Positions 28,332 through 36,985 are shown, counted from the first letter of the stretch. The stretch: DNA of 38,551 nt from Candidatus Pacearchaeota archaeon (GCA_016196285.1 JACPXY010000004.1:1-38551); one strand, 5' to 3'. Numbers and translations: made by a program. Notes: generated by a model not told the origin, from the letters alone.

Positions 28332-28700
28332 ATGAGAATAAGAAAAACCAAGCAAGAATTAGAAATAGAAAGAATTTACAATAAGATAAATTCAGTTTTT
28401 ACAGCAGATGATTTATACAATAAGATAAAGCATGAAAAGATAGGGATAGCCACTATTTACCGCTTTTTGAAAGATAAATCTAAGAATCATGAATTGCACA
28501 CTTATTTATGCAATAGAAAAACCCTCTATAGTAAAGAGCAAATAAATCACTGTCATTTTACCTGTGAAAATTGCCATAAAACAATCCACTTCCAGATAAA
28601 AGACATCACACAAATACAAAAATCAATTTCAAATCCCATCTGCCATATTCAAATAGATGCATATGGCTTATGTGAAAAATGTAAAAAGCTAAGCAACTAA
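28332..28700 (+). CDS. Fur/Zur family transcriptional regulator
   Basis: FTADDLY, IGIATIYRFL, HCHFTCENC, YGLCEKC. Confidence 0.92.
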   Translation: MRIRKTKQELEIERIYNKINSVFTADDLYNKIKHEKIGIATIYRFLKDKSKNHELHTYLCNRKTLYSKEQINHCHFTCENCHKTIHFQIKDITQIQKSISNPICHIQIDAYGLCEKCKKLSN

Positions 28701-28931
28701 ACCTTTGTGCTTAATATTCCTAATAACAATAAAGTAAACCAACGCGCCTATCCATCCCCCAACAACAATAACAACCAGCCATATAATCTTCTCGGTCAAA
28801 TTCTTGAAATTTCTCTTAGCACAATCAACAATCATCCATATCCAGAATGCAAATAACAGTATTCCTGCAATCATCATAATTCCAAATCCTGCTGCTAAGA
28901 AAGGAAATCCCCACCAACTATCGAAAAGCAT
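28689..28931 (-). CDS. PLDc_N domain small membrane protein
   Basis: FWIWMIVDC...EKIIWLVVIV..GWIGALVYF. Confidence 0.8.
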   Translation of the reverse strand: MLFDSWWGFPFLAAGFGIMMIAGILLFAFWIWMIVDCAKRNFKNLTEKIIWLVVIVVGGWIGALVYFIVIRNIKHKGLVA

Positions 28932-28962
28932 GCCAATACTATCAATCTGAAATATTTAAACG

Positions 28963-30432
28963 TTACTTAACGCGCGTCTCAACGAGAGTTCCTGCTTTCT
29001 CGAAGGTCTTCTTTCCCTGAACCATGCTTCGTACTGCTGCAGAAAGCTCCTTAATAGGAACGCGAACTTGTTTTGTCGAGTCGCGGTCGCGGATAGTAGC
29101 ACATTTGTCCTTTACTGAATCTTCGTCGATAGTGATGCAGTAAGGCGTGCCAATCTCATCCTGCCGTGCATATCTCCGTCCAATACTTCCTGAAACATCA
29201 AACAAGACTGAAAACTCAGCAAGCAGCTCCTGATACACTGCTCTTGCAAGCTCATATGCCTTCCCTTTGGAGACAAGGGGGAATACTGCTGCTTGATAAG
29301 GTGCAAGTCGCGGAGGCAATCTTAAGACAATATTCTCACGTTTTTTGTCATACGTATACGCCTGGCAGAGCAGGGCAAGGAATACTCTGTCCATGCCAAA
29401 AGTTGGCTCAATGACTCTCGGAACAACTCTCTCCTTGCTCTTCTCGTCAAAAATCTCAAACTTTTCCTTGCTCTCCTTAGCATGCTGGGTCAAGTCATAC
29501 TGTCCGCGGTTTGCATTTCCTGCAAGCTCATTGCTTCCAAAAGAATATTCATAATCTAAATCAAAAGTCGCCGAGGAATAATGGCTCAATTCATCTTTCT
29601 TATGCTCTCTAATTTTAATCTTCTCGGCAATTCCTAAATGCTCAAACCATAATACTTGTTCAGCAAGCCAATACGCATGCCACTCATCCAATCGCTTCTC
29701 CTTGACCATCTGGCCAATAGTAGTGTTTTTCAATGCGTCTGTTCCTTTCTCTTGGCTCTCAGCATCCAGAAGACGAACCTTTACCTTAGTATGAGTATCA
29801 TCAAGTAATGCACACTTCATCTCATGAGGATGAATAAAGAACTCAAATTCTCCTATGGTAAACTCTCTGCTTCTGAATAAAAAGTCTCTGGGAGCAATCT
29901 CATTCCGAAAGCACTTTCCAACTTGGAGAATGCCGAAAGGCAATTGCTTTCTCGAAGTCTCCTGTATCAGCTTAAAGTCCATGAACATCGCCTGCGCTGT
30001 TTCTCCGCGCAGGTAAGTATCTGATTGATTCAATGCTCCGACGCGTGTCTTGAACATTAAATTGAACTCGCCCAGGGATTCGTACTCTCCAGAACATTCG
30101 CACTTCACTTTGCCAAGCTCGCTCTTGTCAATCTTCGTTGACTTCTTGCACTTCTTGCAAACAACAGCCACATCGCTGAAGCTTGCTAAGTGCCCTGAAG
30201 CTTTCCAAGTGCGTGGATGGGAGATAATTGAGGCCTCAATGCCAGTCATATTCTCTTTCGAATGCACAAACCATCTCCAGAAATCCTGTTTCAGATTCTT
30301 GAATAATTCAGCTCCCAATGGCCCATAATCCCAGAAACCGGAAAAGCCGCCATAAATCTCGCTCGATTTGAATACAAATCCCTTCCGCTTGCAGAAAGTA
30401 GCCAATTCCTCAATGCTTAGTTCAACGCTCAT
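28963..30432 (-). CDS. glyS: Glycine--tRNA ligase (alpha2 type)
   Basis: KRKGF..SSEIYGG, WKASGH, YLRGETAQ, GKCFRNEI, VIEPTFGMDR, GSIGRRYARQDEIGTP. Confidence 0.97.
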   Translation of the reverse strand: MSVELSIEELATFCKRKGFVFKSSEIYGGFSGFWDYGPLGAELFKNLKQDFWRWFVHSKENMTGIEASIISHPRTWKASGHLASFSDVAVVCKKCKKSTKIDKSELGKVKCECSGEYESLGEFNLMFKTRVGALNQSDTYLRGETAQAMFMDFKLIQETSRKQLPFGILQVGKCFRNEIAPRDFLFRSREFTIGEFEFFIHPHEMKCALLDDTHTKVKVRLLDAESQEKGTDALKNTTIGQMVKEKRLDEWHAYWLAEQVLWFEHLGIAEKIKIREHKKDELSHYSSATFDLDYEYSFGSNELAGNANRGQYDLTQHAKESKEKFEIFDEKSKERVVPRVIEPTFGMDRVFLALLCQAYTYDKKRENIVLRLPPRLAPYQAAVFPLVSKGKAYELARAVYQELLAEFSVLFDVSGSIGRRYARQDEIGTPYCITIDEDSVKDKCATIRDRDSTKQVRVPIKELSAAVRSMVQGKKTFEKAGTLVETRVK

Positions 30433-30522
30433 GTATATATGTCTTAAAAAGTCTATTTAAAGTATTCTGCATAAGCTATCTAAACAATGAATAGGGGCTA
30501 TATCAAGATTGAGTACTATAAA

Positions 30523-30673
30523 GAAGAACCCTAAAGCAAGACCATGGTGCATCAGAAGAAGAAACTTTATTATCTCCTGCAACTACTCATCTTTATCGGA
30601 CACAAGATAATTATGTTGTAATCCTGCCTTGTTTCATCCCTGGTAAGACATTGAGGTATTAGAAAACAATAAA
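30523..30673 (-). mobile_element. Full, more decayed copy (C) of the palindrome element
   Basis: Colinear with 15985-16163 apart from an indel of about 26 nt; both hairpins carry mismatches. Confidence 0.7.
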
Positions 30674-30765
30674 GATAGACGATAATATGGTCTTAGTACA
30701 ATGCTACGACTATATGCATAACTTTAAAGTAATGGAAAATAAGATGCTAAAGATAAAAAGTACCG

Positions 30766-30915
30766 TTATTTAAGTCCGCCCATTCTGCAGACAGTTGTCC
30801 CGCAGGTAGGGCATTTTCCTTTTGCAATCTTAGTGCCTTTTGAAGTCAACGATTCAACTGGATTCTTGATGTCGACTTTCTTCTTGCACTTGACGCAGTA
30901 TCCTTGTGTTGCCAT
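30766..30915 (-). CDS. Small basic Zn-ribbon protein (DUF5679-like), 49 aa
   Basis: Manual translation MATQGYCVKCKKKVDIKNPVESLTSKGTKIAKGKCPTCGTTVCRMGGLK*; SD AAGGAGGT; not in the ORF track. Confidence 0.85.
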   Translation of the reverse strand: MATQGYCVKCKKKVDIKNPVESLTSKGTKIAKGKCPTCGTTVCRMGGLK

Positions 30916-30982
30916 GCTAACCTCCTTGGTGTACATTCTTGAACATCTATGCTTTTATAAACCTATAGGTCAGAATAGAAGG

Positions 30983-31798
30983 ATGTGGCCTGATGAAGGA
31001 GTATGGTGGTCTGGTGGATTATTCAAACGTTATCTACGCTGGACGGAAGATCCAGCAACAGAAAAAAGAACATTACTTGAGCACTATTATGAAGCAGTTG
31101 AAATGAAGTATAGGGATCAGCCGGTAAAAACACCAGAAGACCATCATAGAGATGCAAAAGCGTGTTTTGCCTGGCTCGGGCAACGGCTTCAAGGAATATC
31201 ATGCATCATCTCAGGAGCTGCAAGCATCAGCTGGCAAACACAGGATTTCACGCGCGCCCGTTCCAATACAGACCTCGCCATCAACGCCGACAAAAAAGTA
31301 TTAGAAGCATTAGTCGACGCATTTGAGCCAGAAGGAGCATATCTGGTTGAGCGGAGCCTAAGTTGGAAGTTCAGGAGAAAGTCCGAAGACAAGTACCACG
31401 TCTATCGCCCTATCCCTCCTCTAAGAATAATGAAAGACCTGCATGCAAACATGAATCTTATGTTCGTGAAAGCTGATCGAACAGAGAGAGGTAGGAATTA
31501 TTTTTTGGCAGAAAGTACTGCACGCAATCCAGTAAGAATATATCTACATCAGCAGTCAGGAAAAAGCATCGTAAGTATTGAAGAAAAGAAGGCATATCAG
31601 TTTACTGTTCCTGAAGAATATCTTAATCCAATCAAGATAGAAACTAGTATGGGGGGCACAATTCAGCTTATGCCTCTCCAGTATATGTATGCCAAGTTGA
31701 AAGCCATGCATCGCGCAGAGGAAGGTTTGCTTCACGAAAAACATTTGCACGATATTAATCTAATAAAGGCAGTAATTACACAAAATCAAGGTTTCTAG
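30983..31798 (+). CDS. Hypothetical protein, possible nucleotidyltransferase-like fold
   Basis: CIISGAAS...RSNTDLAI and PLQYMYAKLK...KHLHDI resemble the motifs of AbiEii/DUF2204-type NTases. Start 30983 is 29 nt after the TATA. Confidence 0.55.
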   Translation: MWPDEGVWWSGGLFKRYLRWTEDPATEKRTLLEHYYEAVEMKYRDQPVKTPEDHHRDAKACFAWLGQRLQGISCIISGAASISWQTQDFTRARSNTDLAINADKKVLEALVDAFEPEGAYLVERSLSWKFRRKSEDKYHVYRPIPPLRIMKDLHANMNLMFVKADRTERGRNYFLAESTARNPVRIYLHQQSGKSIVSIEEKKAYQFTVPEEYLNPIKIETSMGGTIQLMPLQYMYAKLKAMHRAEEGLLHEKHLHDINLIKAVITQNQGF

Positions 31799-31835
31799 AG
31801 CAAAAATATAAAAGGGGATAGTTATACGTGTTTCA

Positions 31836-32114
31836 ATGGGTGCAGATATACGGATGAATTGGGCATTGCAGATTGAGCCGCCAAGCTCGCTCGAGGAAAG
31901 AGCAGAATATGTTTTTGAGAAATCAGGAAACAGGATTTTTCCATTGGAAACTCCGATAGACCTGCTTAACATGCAGAGAGATGCCGTCGCAAAGATAAGA
32001 ATCACTGAATTCACGAACAAGCCAGGAATCACAACTGGAAGGTATGAAGTGATTAAAATCTATCAAGATACAGAAAAGCAGGTCTTGACACAGTATTGGA
32101 GAGAAAACCAGTAG
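31836..32114 (+). CDS. Hypothetical protein, DUF2584-like
   Basis: MG...N..L...EKSGNRIFPLETPIDL...T...YEVIKIY pattern. Confidence 0.55.
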   Translation: MGADIRMNWALQIEPPSSLEERAEYVFEKSGNRIFPLETPIDLLNMQRDAVAKIRITEFTNKPGITTGRYEVIKIYQDTEKQVLTQYWRENQ

Positions 32115-32185
32115 AATATCTAAATGAATCCTTATAAAAGTTGCTGTGGGAGAAGTCATTCTGTGAGCACATTAAATTCCTGAGA

Positions 32186-32257
32186 AGCGCACGCCAGGAA
32201 TCGAACCTGGGTAAAGTCGGGCTGCAGCCGACCGCAGTACCACTGTGCCACGTGCGC
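32186..32257 (-). tRNA. tRNA-Cys(GCA)
   Basis: GCGCACG/CGTGCGC, U73 discriminator, anticodon arm GTCGG-CTGCAGC-CCGAC. Confidence 0.95.
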
Positions 32258-32362
32258 ACGTGGCAGGAAGCATAAGAGCCCTTTTAAAGATAGTGCCTAT
32301 GCAAAAAGAGATTATCATCTTTGAAATATGTCTATAAGATATTCCCTCATAGTAAATACATA

Positions 32363-32437
<75 letters not shown>

Positions 32438-32476
32438 TCGGCTCTAGAATCAGAAAATACTATTTAAGCGTTGGCA

Positions 32477-33025
32477 TCAGTAGCTCAAGAACACAACTTC
32501 TCCGTTGCTCATCTTCTCATAGAAGTCAAGGTAGGGCTTCTTCTCCCGTGCAGTATAGAAGAGCTGGTCAAGCCCTGTCCATGCAGTGAACCATCCGGCT
32601 GGCTCGAGGATAACCACAAGAAGATGATGAAAAAATGATTCAGGAGAGAAAGTAGCGATTGAAGTGGCGATGATAATAAAAGCCATTCCCAAAAGCGCCA
32701 TAAAAATGCCGTTTCCAAGTGTCCTCCTATACTCGTGCAGTGCCTCAAGATAATGCTTCTTGAAATGTTCGCGCAGCCTGCGCCTTATGAGAACTTCATC
32801 ATTATAGCTGCGTTTAGCAGCAGGCATCAGAAATCGTAGTTCAACCGCTCCAGAGGTTTTATCCCTGCTTGCTCTCCGGATCTCTTGCAGAAAGTCATCA
32901 GATAAAGCTCGTTGAAGATACTGTCTCGGATCAAAACTTGAGAATATATCATTATACGTTGCCAAGGTTAGGCTGATGGAAGAGACCTGCGCAACTTCAT
33001 CTTTCGACAATGCCTCCTTATTCAT
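32477..33025 (-). CDS. Hypothetical membrane protein (2 TM)
   Basis: DIFSSFDP..Y.QR.LSDDFL N-domain plus two C-terminal TMs (GWFTAWTG). Confidence 0.7.
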   Translation of the reverse strand: MNKEALSKDEVAQVSSISLTLATYNDIFSSFDPRQYLQRALSDDFLQEIRRASRDKTSGAVELRFLMPAAKRSYNDEVLIRRRLREHFKKHYLEALHEYRRTLGNGIFMALLGMAFIIIATSIATFSPESFFHHLLVVILEPAGWFTAWTGLDQLFYTAREKKPYLDFYEKMSNGEVVFLSY

Positions 33026-33059
33026 ATCTCTCTAAGACACAATCTATTTTTAAGGTTGT

Positions 33060-33674
33060 CTATAAACGCAGTGCAACAAGATTTTTCTCATGCAAAGAAC
33101 GTATATGCTCATGCTGCATCCTGCGCCGGTAGACAAGCCGAATATAGTAAAACAAAACACCAAGAACAATTAAAAAGAAGGCAAAGGAGCCGGCAACGCG
33201 CATCGGTTCTGTCTTTATGGCATTGCCAGTTAGAGCAACATGATTATTCAACGCACGAAGCGCGACACTGCGTTCTTCTCCTTCTCGCGCCTCGAGCAGG
33301 AGCACTGCTCCAGAAGGGATTTCAGATGATAAAGGAATGCTCAGAAGATACAACTCCTGATTATCGGCCCCAAGCACCACAGATTCTATTCCTAAAGCAT
33401 ACTGTATCCCTTGCCCATCATACACTTCATAGATGATCTCCAGTTCATGAGAGGCTCCTGCTGTTTCCTGCAAGAGATACTCGACCCTCAAAGTTCGACC
33501 AAGCGTATATTCTTCAATTGAAAGGGAAAATGATTCTGAACTTCGAGCAGAAGAGAAATCTTGGTCAATGACTAAGCCTGCAAGGCTGAGAGGAAGAAAC
33601 GCACCAAGAGCAATAAGAAAGATAATTACCAGAAACAGTAGTCCATATGAGCGAAGAACACGTCGGTGCAGCAT
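33060..33674 (-). CDS. Hypothetical cell-surface protein (N- and C-terminal TM, beta-rich middle)
   Basis: TM, beta-rich segment, LTGNAI, TM, basic tail. Confidence 0.7.
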   Translation of the reverse strand: MLHRRVLRSYGLLFLVIIFLIALGAFLPLSLAGLVIDQDFSSARSSESFSLSIEEYTLGRTLRVEYLLQETAGASHELEIIYEVYDGQGIQYALGIESVVLGADNQELYLLSIPLSSEIPSGAVLLLEAREGEERSVALRALNNHVALTGNAIKTEPMRVAGSFAFFLIVLGVLFYYIRLVYRRRMQHEHIRSLHEKNLVALRL

Positions 33675-33786
33675 AACTATTCATGGCAAAGAATCTTATA
33701 AATGTTGCCCAATACTAACCAAGTGCAAAAGTAACGCTTTCTAAGCAATCCAGAACGTATATAAAACCTCTCTTCTCTATCATTCC

Positions 33787-34686
33787 ATGAAGCCCATCAC
33801 GCTCACCTTTCTCGGCACCAGCAATGCAGTGCCTACTGAACTGAGAAATCATACTGCCATTCTTGCTTCGTTTGATGCTGAGGCAGTCTTAATCGACTGC
33901 GGGGAAGGCACACAGCGCCAGTTCAAGCAGGCAGGCATCAGCCCGCACAAGCTCACAAGAATACTCATCACTCACTGGCACGGCGATCACATTCTCGGTC
34001 TTCCAGGCCTCTTTCAAACCTTAGCTATGTCAGACTACCGGAAGACACTGCACCTCTATGGTCCTCATGGAACCAAATACTTCATTTCGCTCATCCAGCA
34101 ACTCATGGGAAAGTTAAGAATTCAGCTGGAAGTTCACGAAGTTTCCCCAGGAAAAATCATAGACGAGCCAGAGTTCTTTATAGAAGCAGCTGCAATGCAC
34201 CATGACACGCCAACCCTTGCCTATGCACTAATCATCAAAGATAAACGGCGTTTAAACAAACAGAAACTGAAGAAGCTAAAAATACCCAACTCTCCGATGA
34301 TTAAAGAATTACAGAGAGGCAAAGATATTGTACTGAATGGCAGAAAGATCAGGGCATCTCAAGTATCTTACATTGAAAAAGGCAAGAAACTTGCCTGTAT
34401 TCTAGATACTGGCATGAACGCTCATGCAGTCCAGCTCGCCAAAGAAGCAGACCTTCTTATTTGCGAATCTTCCTTCTCAGAAGAAGAAACAGAGAAAGCA
34501 AAGGAATACTTTCATTTGACTGCAGGCGATGCTGCAACTATTGCAAAAAAGGCAAAGGCAAAGGCATTGATCCTCACGCACATCTCACAGCGCTACGAGC
34601 ATAACTTGAAGAAGATAGAAAATGAAGCCAGAAAGATATTCAAGAACACAAGAATTGCCAGGGACCTTGATGTTATTATTGTTTAA
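33787..34686 (+). CDS. rnz: Ribonuclease Z
   Basis: TFLGTS, DCGEGTQRQ, ITHWHGDHILG, exosite, DT, HLTA, LTHISQRY. Confidence 0.96.
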   Translation: MKPITLTFLGTSNAVPTELRNHTAILASFDAEAVLIDCGEGTQRQFKQAGISPHKLTRILITHWHGDHILGLPGLFQTLAMSDYRKTLHLYGPHGTKYFISLIQQLMGKLRIQLEVHEVSPGKIIDEPEFFIEAAAMHHDTPTLAYALIIKDKRRLNKQKLKKLKIPNSPMIKELQRGKDIVLNGRKIRASQVSYIEKGKKLACILDTGMNAHAVQLAKEADLLICESSFSEEETEKAKEYFHLTAGDAATIAKKAKAKALILTHISQRYEHNLKKIENEARKIFKNTRIARDLDVIIV

Positions 34687-35140
34687 CCAGCCAAGTTGAA
34701 ATATATCTATTATACTTCTGTCTTACACTTTCAGGCATATTATTATAAGCTCCAATAACTTTTCTACAGTCTTTCTCTCCGCATTTGCAATTCATCTTCC
34801 AATTGCTATTTTCAGTCATTTCATAATCCCATAATATTTCCTCTCCTTTTTTTATTTCCCTCATTGCAGCAAGCTTAAACTTCCCTGTAAAACCTGAATT
34901 AGGATTGCAAGAATGATTTGCATATCTCCCAAATCCATTAGTATCTATCCATTTATGCTCTTCAAATTGGATTGCATGGTCTGCAATTTCTTTAGGCAAA
35001 TCTAAACATTTTTCAGCAGTATAAATCTTGCCTCCCTCCCAATTAAATATTAATTCTCCTTTCTCAATATTTCTTTTTGCAAATACTCCCTTTCCATATT
35101 TTCCAGTTTTTCTAACTTCAACATCTATATTAAGTATCAT
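34676..35140 (-). CDS. SET domain protein-lysine methyltransferase with post-SET
   Basis: GKGVFAKRNIEKGE, RYANHSCNPN, IKKGEEILWDY, CKCGEKDCR. Confidence 0.92.
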   Translation of the reverse strand: MILNIDVEVRKTGKYGKGVFAKRNIEKGELIFNWEGGKIYTAEKCLDLPKEIADHAIQFEEHKWIDTNGFGRYANHSCNPNSGFTGKFKLAAMREIKKGEEILWDYEMTENSNWKMNCKCGEKDCRKVIGAYNNMPESVRQKYNRYISTWLVKQ

Positions 35141-35242
35141 AAAACTAATCTGCTTTTATTATTTAAAAACTTTAACAAGGCTCATGCTATCCAAAAACCC
35201 ATATAAGTTGAACTTACAGGTAAATCAACAATAAAACCCCAA

Positions 35243-35491
35243 TCACTTGTTCAAAGAAGTTGAAGCCGGTGAGATAAAGATAATAGTATCGCCCCTCAAA
35301 AAAGTAAGGCCGATGCTCTTCTTTACTTCTCCATTTTCCAGTTCTTTAGCATTGTCCAAGACGACATTGATGTGGATGTCAAATGCCATCAAGGTGCCCA
35401 CAAACTGTTTATCACCTTTCAGCTGAACAAGGACCTCTTTTCCTTTTGATGCATTCAAAAGGTCAAGCGGTCGCTCAATTTTGCTAGCCAT
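35243..35491 (-). CDS. Sm-like archaeal protein (Lsm/SmAP)
   Basis: RPLDLL, GTLMAFDIHINVVL, FLRGDTIIFISP. Confidence 0.95.
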   Translation of the reverse strand: MASKIERPLDLLNASKGKEVLVQLKGDKQFVGTLMAFDIHINVVLDNAKELENGEVKKSIGLTFLRGDTIIFISPASTSLNK

Positions 35492-35521
35492 ACTCGCACC
35501 CAGTCCAGAGTATATATAAAT

Positions 35522-36784
35522 CTATCTACCGGCTAGACGTTGGATAAGCAGGTTGCTCTTCAATTTGCCTTCGTCTGAACGGTCTTTGAAAAAAAGTTTT
35601 ACTGCCTCAAACTCTCGCTCGTAGCGTCTCATGCTCCTGTCAGAAATGAGAGAAGACCATTGTCTGACGGCATTATGAAATTCTAAGTCATCACCGCGCA
35701 GACGCTTATCAAAGAGTGCAGCGTCAATTGACTCTTTCAGTAAAACAGGATGTTTAAACAAATATTCAGCAATGCCTAAGCGTAGCCTGAAGATGGGTGT
35801 CTGGCATATCATATTCTGATATGGGTTGACACCAAGCTGGTGCCATGAGTCGACCATTGCAAGCAAGCTCAGATGTGAGTTGGGGCGTTGTGCACCTTCA
35901 GGCATTCCCAGAGAGAATTCTCCCATTGTTGCATCATCCAGCAGAATTAAAGGATTATCTTTCTTGCCGAAAACGTATTCTCCTGCATTGTATATCCGCT
36001 TCTCAAATACAGAGGCATCTTCCTGAATCATAAGCTTGAACAATTCCGATTCTGAACGAGCATACTGTTGGATTTGTTCCCAAGCAATAGGATTAAATAA
36101 AGCTAATCCTGCATAGACGTGTACTTTTCCGCTGAAGATACGCACAGTCATTAATGCTTTAATGTTATCGAGGCCTCCAGTATATGCCGTATTCTCCCAA
36201 GGGTAGAATCCGGCGTTCTTCCAGGCAGTGCCCATACTCTCGAAGGCAACATGTGTTGCTGCCTGTGTATCTGCAGTTATTCTATCATGTTCCTCGTATG
36301 AACTCAATTCAACAATACGCGATCTAAGTGTGCCAAACAAGTCGAGCGCCCTGGAATATGCCTCATCTGAACTCCGATGCCTAATGACTGCAAGGGTTTG
36401 TCCAGTAGGAGGTACACTTGGCGCATGGAGTGAATGACAAGTCACAATATGGACATCAGAAGGCAGATATTTCTCAAATGCTCTAATCTCTGGAGTCTTG
36501 ACTGAAGTTTGCCCTCCAACAATCGCTCCTACGCGCGTTGCAGCTCCTGCCTGCGCAACTGCTTTTTCAATGTTCTCAGTCTCCACAGCATACATGATAA
36601 AATCGCTTCTTCGGGAGACCTCGCTTCCTGTATCAACAATCTCTATACCTGTGCCAGAAAGTTCCTCCTCGAGCTTGCTGCGATGCGCAGGAACGTCACA
36701 TCCTCTGACATGATAACCTGCCTTAGCAAACGTCCTGGCATATAGTTTTCCCATGTCTCCCAAACCGATGATGCCTATGTTCAT
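35522..36784 (-). CDS. tyrA: Prephenate dehydrogenase, long fungal Tyr1-like type
   Basis: IGIIGLGDMG, GGQTSVK.PEI.AFEKYLP, HSLH, EEHDRITADTQA.TH, NSHLSLLA.VDSW, DDLEF. Start at ATG 36784. Confidence 0.9.
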   Translation of the reverse strand: MNIGIIGLGDMGKLYARTFAKAGYHVRGCDVPAHRSKLEEELSGTGIEIVDTGSEVSRRSDFIMYAVETENIEKAVAQAGAATRVGAIVGGQTSVKTPEIRAFEKYLPSDVHIVTCHSLHAPSVPPTGQTLAVIRHRSSDEAYSRALDLFGTLRSRIVELSSYEEHDRITADTQAATHVAFESMGTAWKNAGFYPWENTAYTGGLDNIKALMTVRIFSGKVHVYAGLALFNPIAWEQIQQYARSESELFKLMIQEDASVFEKRIYNAGEYVFGKKDNPLILLDDATMGEFSLGMPEGAQRPNSHLSLLAMVDSWHQLGVNPYQNMICQTPIFRLRLGIAEYLFKHPVLLKESIDAALFDKRLRGDDLEFHNAVRQWSSLISDRSMRRYEREFEAVKLFFKDRSDEGKLKSNLLIQRLAGR

Positions 36785-36825
36785 AGCGTGGCAATTAAAT
36801 AACAAGTTATAAAGGTTTCCCCGTG

Positions 36826-36985
36826 GGGGTCACAAAACCCGAAGGGTTTTAACCTCGGCTTTTAAGCCGAGGCTTGTCTGTGGTTTTGTGGCTACCGGAG
36901 AAATCCGCAGTATGATGATAGTAGACTAAAGTCTGTGGATTTCTACAAGCATTAAAGATTCTCTTTAGGGCGGGAAAGATTTACT
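36826..36985 (+). other. Highly structured intergenic element (ncRNA or IS200/IS605-end remnants)
   Basis: Several stems: AAAACCC-GAA-GGGTTTT; CCTCGGCTT-TT-AAGCCGAGG; GGTCACAAAACC/GGTTTTGTGGCT; AGAAATCCGCAG/CTGTGGATTTCT. Confidence 0.55.

Noticed and set aside
30433-30765. T-box or aaRS leader riboswitch upstream of glyS
   Set aside because: glyS has its own TATA 29 nt from the ATG, so the repeat lies outside the transcript; no T-box motif
30766-30915. Ribosomal protein L40e/L37ae or RpoP
   Set aside because: Cys spacing and residues do not fit; DUF5679-like pattern instead
30833-30982. N-terminal extension of the 321-aa ORF
   Set aside because: Overlaps the antisense 49-aa Zn-ribbon gene and the shared promoter; the ATG at 30983 fits the -29 rule
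33056-33436. 126-aa + ORF and the many other antisense or nested ORFs in the track
   Set aside because: They lie within well-supported genes on another frame or strand, with no motifs or promoter
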